64,000 nucleotides of DNA from NCBI GenBank assembly GCA_023515725.1, contig JALDTO010000146.1, forward strand, positions 434,001 to 498,000. Reading direction: 5' to 3'. The position numbers and the translations under genes are program-made. Positions within the stretch are counted from its first letter, which is position 1, and each line of letters opens with the position of its first letter. The notes under the pieces were generated by a model. That model was not told where the DNA came from. It saw only the letters and a program-made list of their open reading frames with translations, and did no database searches. Positions 26,642 to 42,857 of the stretch are shown here, in pieces. The stretch comes from Amoeboaphelidium protococcarum X5 (taxonomy: Eukaryota; Fungi; Aphelidiomycota).

Positions 26642-26879
26642 TGTTAGATCGGGACTACTTGATATACTAGACAGGGGAAACTTAGACTGACTATACAGGA
26701 TCTAACCAGACAAGCAAGGTAAAAACGTGTAAATAAGTTGAATACTATATTAACACGATGATCAAAAGAGATGGATCTCATCTATCGTGAGAACTTGATT
26801 GTATAATCTTGAGGAGGCGTGGGAACGTTGCTCAGCCACAATAGGCAAAGATCATTGATCAGTCTGCACGACTGTAACA
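26642..26879 (-). repeat. 5' LTR
   Basis: Copy of 21715-21952. Confidence 0.97.
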
Positions 26880-27388
26880 GAATTGGTAGAAGACACGTCG
26901 ATCAAGTATCAACAACTGACTCTGTGGGGCTTAGATGATCATCATTGACGTCTCGAATAGGCAAGTATCTGCAGTATATTAGCGCGCCACTTATGAACAT
27001 TAATATCTTCCACTTGACGTGCTAATAGAGTATTCATCTTATTAACATATATTTATCTTTGTGTGATTCTGTTGGTATCTCTGTTTGACTCTCAGTCTTT
27101 GTAGTGTCTTCACATTTGGTGCCTATTGTCTCGAAGTCAACAATTCAATGGTAAGTTGCGTCCCTTTCGTCGTGTCATCGGGCGGAAATTCTGAGGTAAA
27201 TTACATGAAAATATTATCTTTGCGCATGAGAAGAAGAAATGTCCTTAATAGTGAATTTTCGCCGTGTGCCAAGTGAAAATTCATGAAACAAAACGTTCGA
27301 ACCACTCTACATTACTAACTAACGTTACGTGTCAATCACAGGCTTAAACCTTATCTCTCTTTGCGAAATCAAACGGCAAATTCAAAAA

Positions 27389-29764
27389 ATGCGGCCCCAA
27401 CGCGTTAGAAAGCGTGTCAGTTACAACTATGACACTTATCCATTATTATCAGATGGTGATGAAGATAATAAGTCACTGGAAATTAACAGTAATCCTAGTG
27501 ACGATGAAGAATTTAAAATCACCTCTGATCACGAGCAGTAGGAAGCTGTAGATGCCGTATTGGAAGAAGATTTACCCGATCACCAGTCATCCACTAACGA
27601 AGATCATTCTGTGGCATCTGATCAAGATGTAGCTGATTAGGAATCTGACATTGTGCAAGATAGTGATAGTGAAATTAGCATAGCAGAAGAGTAGAATCCA
27701 CCTCAAGTTTAGTAGTTATCCTCCGAATAACAATAAATGGTTGATCAAATGGCTCTGCAATTGCTGGTCACTCTGTATGAAAATTTTACAAATTTGTTGC
27801 AACTCAAACTACCCCGTAAAGGACCGAAAGCTGCTGTAAATGTACAAGAATTTGAAAAGATTCTAACTGTAAAGCCTTCATATGACACTGATAGCGCGTA
27901 ATTAAATCTCCAGGATGAATCTAATTCAAGCGATAAAGTTAAAAAGGGACGTCCTAAAAAGAACAAGGCTAGAAAGAGCACCGCTTCTCAATCAGGCGCC
28001 ATGTACAAGTGTCCTCTACCCGGCTGCAATAAAGAGTTTAAAGTTTTGCCATCGCTCAAGTATCATTTTGACACGTTTTATCACTCTTTAGAAGCACTTT
28101 TATATTATGGCAGATCGTAGTAATAAATCTCAGTTGACTTTGTGGATTGTGAGTAAATGATGGAGTAACTCTAAAGGGCATCCACCACAGTCGAATTGAA
28201 GGATATTCCATACTATTGGCAGGGATTTGATGTATTGCAATATGGAAATATCAAGTTCAAGAATGCTGAATAAGTCACCTTGGATGAGTATAAGCGCGCA
28301 AGTAAGAGTCGTAAAAGATATAGAGGACGCTCGTAGTACAATTCTGGACAGATTAGTTGGCGTATGGATCGCATTATTTTAGAAGAGCCACCTGCTGGGT
28401 TTGCATATCCTTAGAAAGATGTTATTAGTCTGTCTGAGGAGTAGCGGTCTTTATATGCTCTTTAGAAATTCCCACTTTAGATATCCCGCGTATCCAATGA
28501 TGACAAAGAAGTACAGCTATTATCGTTCCCTGAAGAGTGTGAATTGTTGACTTTTAATGATAACAAGTGTACTGTAATCAATAATGGTGGACTCATTCTG
28601 GCAATGGAGATATTTCAGGTCCAACTAGGTGATACTAGTTGCACGTTCATTGCATGTGGTGGCTCTTTATCTATTACCGACTAACCCATTGTTGGTGTCT
28701 AGAAGGGCGGTCCATCTGTAATTAGAGTATGGAGGTTGAATGGTGCAGATCAAGTTTGTTGTATATTGTCACTAGTTACTGATCATGGTAGTATCTTATG
28801 TTTAAAATTCTTTTCAAATTTATTATGGGTATTATTTGAGGATGGTTCGCTTGTTGCGTATAATCTCAATTAGGTATTATCGTTCCAAGCGGAAGAATGT
28901 GTAAAGATGGAAAGTGTATTTTATTATTAGTCCGCAGATTCTCAATTAACCACTATACAATGTATTGATGGAGACACTTTTACAGCTGGCGATTCTTGTG
29001 GCAGGATATGGATATTCAATCAATCTGAGAATGGCGGTTCTTTGAGTGTCTTTCTGAGTGCATTGATACATGAATGTTCCATTACATCATTATCGATTGT
29101 TAGAGAATCTGCGTAAGAACAACAAGACATCAAAATAGTTTCATGTGGTTATGATGGCAGAATACTGATCACCAATCTCTGTGATATGTCGCATAGTCTG
29201 GTTGCATTGAGATCAAGAGGATTTCTCCCGCTAGTCAAGTGGCTGCCTGAATGTGATTCTCTTATGTATGCATAGAATGACTGCACTTTGAAATTGATGA
29301 ATTTTGCCGTAAGTAACGCCACTAATAGCGAAAATGATCCTTTTAGAAGTGGAAAAGTTACTCAACACTAGAGCCAGGTGCACAGCTTCGACGTGACGTC
29401 TATTGAAGGAGGAGAACCATTCGTTGTATACGCGTCTGCTGATGGTCGAGTTGGATTTAGTAAATTCACAAATGTTCTCAAGTCATGGAATGTGCATAGT
29501 CGCGACCGTGTTCCATCATTCATGCAAAATGTGTTCCACCTGGTGCCAATGATGAGCGATCCACAGCTCCCCTCTTCAGGAATTCTCTTCATTGAAGGTG
29601 ATCGTAGTAGACGGTCGATTGATATGAAGAATACTGCCGTGAGACCGGAGTATGTTCCTCAAGAGTGCCAAGTGTCCCAGGTGAGTTTCTGCAAAGTCGG
29701 CAATAAGATGCTCATCGTATCTGCCATCAGAAGTGGTCTCATTCGCATCGACGCATTGCTCTGA
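27389..29764 (+). CDS. AT-hook, C2H2 and WD40 protein, probable TFIIIC tau91/GTF3C2-like subunit (791 aa)
   Basis: Acidic N-terminus, KKGRPKK, YKCPLPGCNKEF...YHFDTFQH, INNGGLILAM, WD-like repeats, ASADGRV. Confidence 0.65.
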
Positions 29765-30043
29765 TACGTGTTAGTAGTGCAAATAATGATCATGTTTTAT
29801 AATAAATTGAACATATTTCATAATATTCTTATTGAAAGATATTTTGTTTAATTATCAACCAGCGCAATTCTAAGATTTCCCCTATTCTAATGACATGAGC
29901 CTGTCAATCGATCGAGCGCTCGTCGTTCAAATTCTCCATTCATTTGATCGCGGCCTGTTCTTTTATTCACACACGAAAAAACAACCATTGTAGTTCCTAT
30001 ACTATCTTGCATCATTATATCATTGCCATTTAAAAGAAAACAT

Positions 30044-31945
30044 ATGGTAGATCATATTTATAGAGATATTGAATCATTCTAAATTATGGATATTTAGTAG
30101 TGGAAGACTTCATCTCTGGTAAATCGATATCTGGTAAAGTTTGTGGTCATCCCCATAGTGTCATTTGGTTTGATTTTACTCTTTTAAACACTGGTGCGAA
30201 TTACCGGTCCATGTATGGTGTCTTTCAATGGGACACCGGAATTTGAAATATTTAGAATTAATTGTGCAGAGCTGACTGCTGAGTAGAGGGCAGCCATGAT
30301 TCTGTCCCAGATGGCAGTATTTGGATCTCCTATATTCGCCGTATTCTTAATCTACCCGCTCCATCTCTCATATCCGCATTGCCTGAACTGGTAGAGATGT
30401 ATTAAGCTGATTGTGCCAGTATTTCTGTTCATAGTTGTGACTGCCATATTCGTAATGTAGTGGCCAGAGTCTAGAAATGAGATTATGGCTGTGCGGCGGG
30501 CAGTTATTCCACTATACTGGCTCATATTTGTACCTTATCTCTTCAAGTAGGAGTATCGGGATTTGCATCGTAACGTGTAATTGCTTCAGTTCGAACATGA
30601 TTCCACCTGCTGCAAGGAGCCGATTACAGTTCGTGATCACTAGTCCAAGTCCTGGATAGAGTGGATGATTATACTGTCTGTGTTATGGCTCATCCTGGCT
30701 GTTGAATTGAAGATATGGCTGGCTGTTCATTTGAGTTTTGTCGTGGTAGCATTTCTGTTAGCGATATATTACCTATGCTGGAGAGAAAGTGGACTCCATT
30801 TTTATCGTGATTTCTCGTATGCATATCTCATGTCGGTATTGCCAGTTATTCTTGTGGAATTGTGTATCTCGCTGTGGAAGATTAACGTTCAATTACAAAT
30901 GTGGAGTGAATATGGATATTAGGTCCTTCTCGTGTGTGGATACAACGTTCTTGTATTGGCTATTGCCCATAGCATCAAGACTTGGGCTCAGAACTGTATT
31001 GATGACAAGAATAATGTCATGTTGGCCATGTATCCGTTCAGATTATTCGCGTCCTTGTTCTAGTATTTGTTGGTGTTTTCTATTCCAGCATCAGTTGGGC
31101 CTTATGTGTGGATTGCGTCCATCATCGTTCTAATTGCCAATGTACTGGATCTCACTCATGTTCTATCTGATCTATACGATAAATTGAAGCCTAGGACTAA
31201 GCTTCTTCGTGGTATAACTAATCGGAATAATAGTAGCAGTAGGAGTAAATAGCATCTTAATCAACAATAGAATCATTTGAGGTATGAGAACGAGTATCAC
31301 ATGAATTGGATTGATTTGAATAGCAGTGAAGTGTCATCGCTCACAGCAAGTCCACACAATGCTCGAGAGCTTATGGATTATTTGGTTAATGTTATTGTGA
31401 TGGCCTTGGACACTATCCACCAACACGTGTACTGCGTGATGCTCATGTCAACATTCACTGCCGCAGTGCTACTTCTCGACTTTCTCCCCCAGAATGGTAG
31501 TCAGTGCACCATAAGCTGTCCGTCAGTGTAACGGAATAAAGAGGTTGGATTCTATTGGATGCTTGTCAAGCTGGCTGTAATTTACTTTTAGTATTTTATC
31601 GCTGTATTTATAGCCATATTACTGTGGCGATGGAGGATTATGAAGTTGATTGACAAGTACCCGTAACTTCGTGATTTTATATCGGAGCCTATTGATTGTA
31701 ATGGCGGCCGTTTGATGAATCTGAACAACTGGTCTGGTATCAGTTTGGATACTCTGGGAAGTGGTGGTCAGATGTCGCGGTACGAGCGGTATTAGAAAGA
31801 ACTGGTTCATGCTTAGAAACTTCTCATTCGAGGTCACATATCTGCAAGGTATTTAAACTTTTAACATGCAGTCTTTCTGATCTGCTCTATAGTCTGGGGA
31901 TTTGTGGCCATATTCTGTGCCTCTGTAACGTTTCTTATATTTTGA
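30044..31945 (+). CDS. Orphan polytopic membrane protein (633 aa, about 11-12 hydrophobic helices)
   Basis: Single open frame under TAR=Gln joining three ORF-track fragments; no family recognised. Confidence 0.75.
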
Positions 31946-32509
31946 ATATTTCAATGTGAATGATAATGTTAATTAGATTTATGTACTGTTAAGCTTAGAC
32001 TTATTGAGAGATTACTGTAATGAGAGAACTTTCGTATCTTTAGTCGGCGACCATAAGTTAGAGGATATTCGCCAATATTCAAGTGGTTATTTTAGTGCGG
32101 TGGAAACAGCTAAAGCTTTTGTTACCCTTATCTTCTTACAATCAGAGCAGATGATTTACTGTTAAAAGTGTAATACTGAATATCGCATGATGGACTAAGA
32201 GTGTTAACAAAGTTTTCACTAACGTTGCCAGATCAAGACCATATAAGATCTAGTAATCCGAGAACAAGTTAAGCCACAGCACACCGGTCCCTTATCATTT
32301 ACGAATCAAATTCAATACTGTAACTACTTGACAGCGAAAGGGGGGGGGGTTCGATCGGCATGATGGAGACTACATACCTCGAATTCTTAACGTGTCTACA
32401 TGTCCTTCTTGTAATTACCGAAAACCATATAGACAACACTTATTTGACAAAACAACAGCAAAGGAACTTATCGCTCCTTCATATCCGTGATTATCCAGTC
32501 TAATTATAA

Positions 32510-32830
32510 CAATAATGTTTTCGAAATGATCCAGCACGATCTCAGTGATGTGGCAGGGTGCATTATCTTGCTAAAAACCGGTCTAACACCATGATCTTTT
32601 CTCAGCTTCTTAATGTAGGGAATCACCGCACTATCAATAGTATTGATGTAGGATAAGCCATTTTGGTTGCCCTCCAGAGGGATCAAGGGTCCAAAGTCAT
32701 GCCAACTCACCGGAACCGCAAAAAAATCACTGATATACCACCTTAATGCATGTAAATTTACGCAACGCGTCTTCTTAGCCAGTTTAGATGGTGCCCAAGC
32801 CATTACTTTGCTTTTCACGGTAAATTGGCG
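32510..32830 (-). pseudogene. Tc1/mariner transposase remnant
   Basis: KVMAWA...VSWHDFGPLIPLEGNQNGLSYINTI...VF, then a frameshift to QQDNAPCH; SPDLNPIE motif missing. Confidence 0.75.
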
Positions 32831-32859
32831 TTCAGGGCACTCGTCAGGTATGATCAAAG

Positions 32860-33090
32860 GTTTCAGGTGCAAATCTACGGACGCGCTGCAGTATATAATC
32901 AGGCTTACAGTACAGCAAATTTTCGTATTTTAGACCCTTCTAACTCAGAACACGAACAAAGTCATTCTTATTCACAACAAAGATAGCGTCACGGAGCTGG
33001 GGGCAGAACTCATACTGGAAAGCATGATGCCTTGGAGTGCAAATTCTCTTCATGGCATGCCAAGCGTCCAATTAATTCTTGAGCACCCAT
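32860..33090 (-). pseudogene. Remnant of a second DNA-transposase-like gene (DxxH motif)
   Basis: SRI/LDAWHAMKRICTPRHHAFQYEFCPQLRDAIFVVNKND and frameshifted KPDYILQRVRRFAPE. Confidence 0.55.
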
Positions 33091-33427
33091 CGCCAACAAC
33101 AGGAAAAGATGCATGGTCAATCGATTCACTTTAAGGAGAGTAGACTTCAGAATCAACTTCATTCAAAATGGACGGGTGAGAGAACTGCATCTCCCCAGAC
33201 ACTATTTCTTCATAGACTGACAAAGAGGCAATAGCATCTCTCGCTCCATACGATATTTATTACTCAGTAAGCTTGCTCTCGCTCCATTAAGAGCCTCTAG
33301 CATTTTCATCTTTATCAAGGTCAAACCCCCATAAAAAGTTCTATATCGGAAAGCACAGACTAATAAATACGACCAACGTCTAAGACTCGTTCTCCGAATC
33401 CGACTACTCCACGTGGTCACCAAACCC

Positions 33428-33430
<3 letters not shown>

Positions 33431-33458
<28 letters not shown>
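33431..33458. repeat. (AG)14 microsatellite
   Basis: Direct read. Confidence 0.95.
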
Positions 33459-33464
<6 letters not shown>

Positions 33465-34380
33465 GCTCTCCAAGATACTCAAGCCCACTGGCAACAGTTA
33501 GCCCTTGCCCAACAAAGAGCTTTTACAGCTACTCCCATAATGTAAATTGATGCCTTGTCACAATCAATAAATTTGCAGGCAAGTTCCATAGATATGTTCA
33601 ATTCTATGGCAAACGATGCCTGATCCGTGTTCATCGGGGCCTTATGCGACGTCGTCCCACACATTTAACAGCTTCAGAAGAACCTTCATTCTTTTAACCC
33701 GCACTAAGTAGTCCTACTGCACTTTTAGCATGCACCAATTGTGAATTCTTATCGACGCGTCGGCGTCCAATGCAGCTGTAGCAGCATGAGTAGAGTGAGT
33801 CCCAGTCGGCATAATACAGCAGTGCTGATAACGTATTGGAAATGGTATGTGAAGTAGCCAAATATTGGTCACTGCATTTTTTACTTATGAAAATATAATC
33901 CAAGATTTTTACTTTTACCTACAGTTCTGTAAATTGTTCTTATGGCAATTCTACACTCCAGCAGCTAACCTGCTAGGTAAAGCCTTCTAGATGAGGGGAT
34001 ATTAAGCAGAATTAATACAAATAACGTAGTAAGTAGCATCTAATGGAACTAGCTTAGGATTCAGTCAACGCAACGTCTTTACTCCTACTAACACTAATAC
34101 GTATACTTATGCCATACACTCACTATCTCTACGGCACCCAAAAACAAAATCTATCCGTTAAACGCCTCTTTATCAGTAAAAACTGCAATGCAATAAATTA
34201 ATCATTGTCATAAGTGATATTATGTATGTGGCATCCTAAAATACTTGATGAAAACGTACTATACACAGACAGTGTTATTGAAAGTAAAACTTATGTAAAA
34301 GGCAAGAGAAAGAAGAAAGTTCTCTGCTCGTTCCTTTTCCAACCATCAAATACGATCGATCTTGAATTAAAGGTTTCAAT

Positions 34381-37116
34381 ATGCGATTTACGACGAGGTA
34401 GTAGTCAAATTCTAATTCGAATTAAGGATCATCAGCGTCAAATTCTTATAAGAGTGGAAGTACTCCGTCAATGACTCCTCCGCTGAGGGCCTCGCTGTAA
34501 ATGACAAGTACCGACTCTGACAGGAAACATACAGCTCTTGCACACAACAATCGATCGCGTATTACCAGGTCCACGGGTTCCCTCAATGCTCTGAGCTTAT
34601 CGCCTGATGCAGATTTTGCCGTCATTGCTGGCAGAGAAGTTTTGCGGGTAGTATCACTGGTCAGCGGTCAGATGGATGAAGTGATTAATTTGCGGAGTGG
34701 TGCTAAAATTAATCTGAATGCATCCAGCAATGATGTAAACTGGTCACCCACTTAGAAGAATATCATTGTTACTGCAGCCACTAATGGTGCCATTGTCATT
34801 TGGGACATATAAAAGCATGGTACGATGAAGCAGGACAAGATCATTAATGAACACTCTCGCGCCGTGAATAGAGTAAAGTTCCACCCAGGGGAATAACAGA
34901 TGCTACTCAGCGCCAGTCAGGATGGGACGGTGAAGCTGTTCGACCTGAGAGTGAAAGATGATGCTCAATTAACATTTGAAGGGAAGAGCGAGAGTGTGCG
35001 CGATATTGCATGGCATCCACGGCAATAGTATCACTTTGCGGCCGCTTTCGAGAATGGCACTCTATAGCGATGGGACATTCGGCAGAGTAAGATGTATGAG
35101 CGGCGCATTAATGCCCATAATGGGCTGTGTCTATCTATAGATTGGCATTAGGATGGTCGATATTTGGCCAGTGGTGGAAGAGATAAATTGATTCAGGTTT
35201 GGGATTTCGACTCTGATACTAGGAAGCCGGTGAGCACTATATAGACTATAGCGAGTGTTGTCGCTGTTGGCTGGCGACCACATGATACAGCTATGATGAA
35301 TTATGGTGGTGCGGGTAGTGGTTACAATAACGTATACAGCGGCAGCAATAGCTCGTACGACTTGACCACGGAATCCAAGTATATGCAGCATTCATCTTAC
35401 ATTGCATCGTGCTCTCTACTTTCTGATCATCGCATTAGTGTGTGGAATTTGGATCGACCTCATGTTCCGTATTACACCTTTGAGGGCCATAGTAATTCAG
35501 TCACTAATTTCCAGTGGAATGGTTCATCGACTTTGTATTCAGTGTCCAAGGATCGCTGTTTGATTATGAATTAAATGGAAACAAGTGATGATGCTGGAAC
35601 TGGATATAAAATTTCCGACACTTTAAGTATGAATAGTATTACCTGGGATATGCATGAAGATTCCGTTATTGCGTCTACAAAGTATTTAAATTCCCCTGGA
35701 GATTATACGGATTCAGTATCAAGTAATTCGCACTCGTATTCTCATGATACAGGCGGTCAATAAAAGGCGTCATCTTCCCTTTCTGGTAGTAATAATAATG
35801 TCTCTAGTGTTAATATCAATACCAAAAGTAAAGATTCTCTAATGACTTGGAGTGGATCCACCATACCGTCTCTATTATCAAATACTATCCTGGCAATTGG
35901 AAAACAGAGTTAAACACCATAGTAGACCACCTCTTCTTCGCATTAGCAATAATAACAATCATAGACTCAGTTATAAGGTTCTCATATCCATCAATATGGT
36001 CAAATGCAATCTACTTTGAACAGCAGTGGTGGTAGTGGCTCATCGTACCATGAAGATTATGAATCTACAAGGTTGAGTTCATATTTTGCGCGTAAAATTG
36101 GACGGAGAGCATAGTCTAACGCGTCACAGTCAGCGCAATTGTAATAATAGAAGTTATAAAAGTCTAGAGAGTTGCGTTTGCAAATATTTGATCCTCAAGA
36201 CTATCAGCATTTAGATGTCTATCAAAGCGATGGAGTGTTACCATTTAATGTCGATCAAGATCCTGAGTTGTTTAAAATATTTGTTTCGAATTATCAGCTA
36301 CCTATAATAAACTAGCTTAATAATGTTAGTGGTAGTAGTAGTGTCAGTGCTATATGCTCACACAATGCTCAGATATGCGATGATAATAGTGCACTTTCAG
36401 CTGGCCATATCTGGTAGATTTTGTCAGAGTTGACGAATAATTTAAGCTCTTCATAGTCTGAATGGAATCAATTCTACCGAGAGCTCTTACTGTTCTTTAT
36501 TGAAAATGACGATTATCTCCATTTTTGTATGGTATTTATACTGTTACATTCATAGCTATCCTGCGAAGATAATAATCTGGCTCAACTGCTGACAATGATG
36601 AAGATATCTGAAAGTCTCGCTAGCATGCAGTTTTAAAAGCTTATAGGTATGTCTATTTCATCATGGAGCCATATATTTGTATCCACATACCACGCTTATA
36701 ATTGTTGTAGATTAGTTGCATAGATTTGAGCTATTTGTAGATGCGACCAAGTTTATTAAGCTATGTCCTCTACCAAGTGTACTTTAGATGAATGCCGGTT
36801 CTACAACTATGTATCCCGCATGTGGAAGATGTAATAGATAATTGCCTTCTTAGCGATCTTCTTGCCTTAAATGCGGGGATGATTCTGCTGTTTGCTGCAT
36901 ATGGTAAGTTCATATGTTCTATTAATGCCGAATATTTATCAACATTGAATTCGATGTATATATGTAATGTGTAGTTAACAGAGAGTTGAAAGTTAGTATT
37001 ACGTCTACTGCAGAGAATGTAATCACGGTGGTCACGTTGAATGTGTTCGAAATTGGTTCTTAAACTCTGGCTCACAAGAGTGTCCCGCAGGTTGTTCTCA
37101 CCTTTGTATTATATGA
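34381..37116 (+). CDS. WDR24: GATOR2/SEACAT subunit WDR24 (Sea2/Rtc1); introns 36647-36710 and 36904-36974
   Basis: WD40 ([27 protein letters not shown]); spliced C-terminus IDQLHRF...CGRC...CCIC...CRECNHGGH...CPAGCSHLC. Confidence 0.92.
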
Positions 37117-37489
37117 AATTGTCTGTGTATACATACATATTTAGATTATAAAGTTGCCGCCCTTTTTGTCGGCACGATTACATTCTAGAAACGGAAAGCA
37201 TTTTGTATTTTATAGTACTAAGAACCCGAAACTAATATGCTTTCATATCCACTCCATTTTCAGTCATGAACTTCACTTATCATCATGATCATTATAATAT
37301 AATGAAGGCAGTGAGATCTCCAAGTATCATGGAGAGCGAGACGTGAGTTAGATCGGGAAAGGCTTTCCATCGGTAAAACCGCCCTGCCGACCTGTCGCCT
37401 TTTCTCTCCTAGCTTTAATTCTGAACACCATAGCTTGTCACTCATTATAGTAACAGTATTAGAACATTTATAGTGGAAAAAATTATAGT

Positions 37490-40375
<2,886 letters not shown>

Positions 40376-40580
40376 ATAGCATAGCATTATAACACTTTTG
40401 ACAATTTGCTGTATTCTGAGTTTTCTCTTACTTTCTTACTATACGGCGAGTGCGAACAGATGGCTGACTGATCGATGATAAATCAAAAGGTTGTGAATTC
40501 CCACGCCATCGCCTTTCGCTCTTAAATCCCGTAATTAAATCAAACGTTCAATTCATCACGAAAGATCACTTGAAATAGGA

Positions 40581-41774
40581 ATGTTGTATAACCCGTTTAT
40601 CTCTGCTGGAGTGCTATTGCTGTCGCTATGTAGCGCGCAAGCTAAAATTATTAGTGTACCTGTGCAGAAATTAAATCTTACCATCCAATAGCTGGAGGCA
40701 ATGGGCGATGTGAATGATCAAGGCTTCATGGGTGCATATTAAAAGTATCTTACCGCGCATGATAATGATTATGATGACATTGACGCCGCTTACAAGGTTG
40801 GCGTGCCATTGAGCAACTACTTGGATGCGCAATACTTTGGTAATATTAAATTGGGTACGCCGGCGAAGGAGTTCAAGATGATCTTTGACACTGGCTCCTC
40901 TAACCTGTGGGTGCCTAGCAGCAAATGCTTTTCTCTGGCGTGCTTGCGCCACACGCGTTATAATTCCAGAAGAAGCTCTACGTACCACAAAAATGGCACC
41001 AAATTTGAGATAACATATGGATCAGGATCCGCTGCTGGTTTCATATCCCGTGATGTCTTGGATATGGGTGAGGGGTTGAAGGCTGAGGTCGATTTTGCTG
41101 AAGTCACCAAGCTTCCCGGTCTTGTTTTCATCTTCGCTCAATTTGATGGTATTTTCGGTCTTGCTTATCCGCGTATCGCCGTGCAGCAGGTGGTGCCTCC
41201 AATTTATCGCTTTGTGGAAGAGGGTCTGCTGGACCGTGCAATGTTCTCTTTCTATTTGAATCGTGCCTCAGATCCATCTTAGAACAATGGTGTCATGACT
41301 TTGGGTGGAGTCGACTCGCAGTATTATACTGGCGATATCACGTATCTGCCTGTTAGTCGTCAGGCTTACTGGGAAGTGTAGATGGACACTCTGATTATGG
41401 GCGATGAAAATATGGAGATGCGTCGCGGTGCTGCTATTGATACCGGCACTTCTCTAATTGCTTGTCCATCTAAAGATGCTGATCGTATCAACGAGAAGCT
41501 GGGTGGCTTGCGCCTACCTACTGGTCAGTATCTGGTGAATTGTGCCGAGGTCCCATCTATGCCTGATGTAACTTTTGTGTTTAGCGGCAAGAATTTCACG
41601 TTGTCAGCATCTGATTACATTTTGAACTTACAAGGATAGTGTCTGAGCAGCTTCTTTGGCTTGAACCTGCCGTCTGGTATGGATCTATTTATTGTTGGCG
41701 ATTCATTTTTGCGCAAGTTCTACTCTGTGTATGATTTGGAGAATAACCAGGTTGGTTTGGCTAATGCAGTCTGA
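40581..41774 (+). CDS. PEP4: Vacuolar aspartic protease (Pep4/cathepsin D-like, 397 aa)
   Basis: Signal and propeptide, [43 protein letters not shown]. Confidence 0.93.
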
Positions 41775-41848
41775 TCAAGTCTAGTCGTCTACGGTAATTA
41801 TTGCATACTATTCTTGAGAATATAAAGTTTATTTATGCAGAATCATTA

Positions 41849-42732
41849 TCATTTCGCTTGTTTGATATCATCATCTTTAGAATCTTCTATTCGTATAAAA
41901 ACAACTTCACCTCCATCCACTAATGCTATAACGAATTGGGAACACTGCGCCAACTCGGTCGGTGGTAACGCGAACACGTCAATAGTTTAATCAGAATATC
42001 TACACAAATACAGCTATTAAACGCGTTAAAATCAATCGCTAAGAATTAAAAAATATAAACTTACTCAAGCACCTTGTAGATGTAAAAAGGATCTGTACGA
42101 TATCTCTTGCTAAAGGCTGAATTTGGTTTCCATACAGAGTACAGACTGGTATTCTCACCCTACTATCCACTTCGAACAGTTCGCCGAACAATGTAGCTTT
42201 GATTTTTAAGATGGGAATACGCCTACGCAAATATGCTTAAAAATCGCAATATAAAAGTACACGATAAGCTTACTACGTATGCGGAGAGGGAACAATCTCC
42301 ACAATTGAGCAACAGATCAAAGCATTGAGGAACTGATAAAACTGAGTCGCGATGCCAAAGTATAAGATTACATCTATCCACTTGATACAAAACTTCTTCA
42401 GGATACAGATACACACCTCGTCGCTCAGTAGAACTGCCATCTTCTGTCAAAAGTCTATCACTATCTATATCGCGACCGCTAATCCCACACGTATTCAAAT
42501 GTTAATTTCGATTGTGTATCACACGCGCCATCCGAATCTCTTCATCATACACAGCCTCACTGATATCATCCAAGCATCTTGATTATCGTTGCGATATCGC
42601 GGAGTACCATTCCTGACGAAGCTGTTGAAGCTTCAATTACTCTTCAGCAGATTCAGTAGGAAAGTTCAATTTTGCAAATTCACTACCATTATTATCAGGC
42701 GTCTATTAGATTTACATTTCATCTTATTCCAT
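41849..42732 (-). CDS. SEN54: tRNA-splicing endonuclease subunit Sen54; introns 42223-42273 and 42000-42064
   Basis: YLYPEEVLYQVDR, LSVPQCFDLL, spliced AYV/AYSHLKNQSYIVRR, YSVWKPNSAF, IALVDGGEVVF. Confidence 0.8.
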
Positions 42733-42857
42733 CCTTTAATTTCAAAATTCAGCGGAGAATATGATCCAAAAGGAGTTCCAAGATCAACGCAATAAAAAAC
42801 ATAAGAAATGGGATGCACTAAATACATGCGTGGATATATATACACACGAATAAAAAG

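Larger units (their letters stand above)
21715..26879 (-). mobile_element. Full-length Ty3/Gypsy LTR retrotransposon (5165 bp), 4-bp TSD GAAT
   Basis: Two 238-bp TG..CA LTRs, GAAT at 21711-21714 and 26880-26883, gag-PR-RT-RH-IN order, PPT next to the 3' LTR. Confidence 0.97.

Noticed and set aside
26880-27389. Functional link between the tRNA-proximal retroelement and the adjacent TFIIIC-like gene
   Set aside because: Adjacency only; the gene lies outside the LTR and TSD
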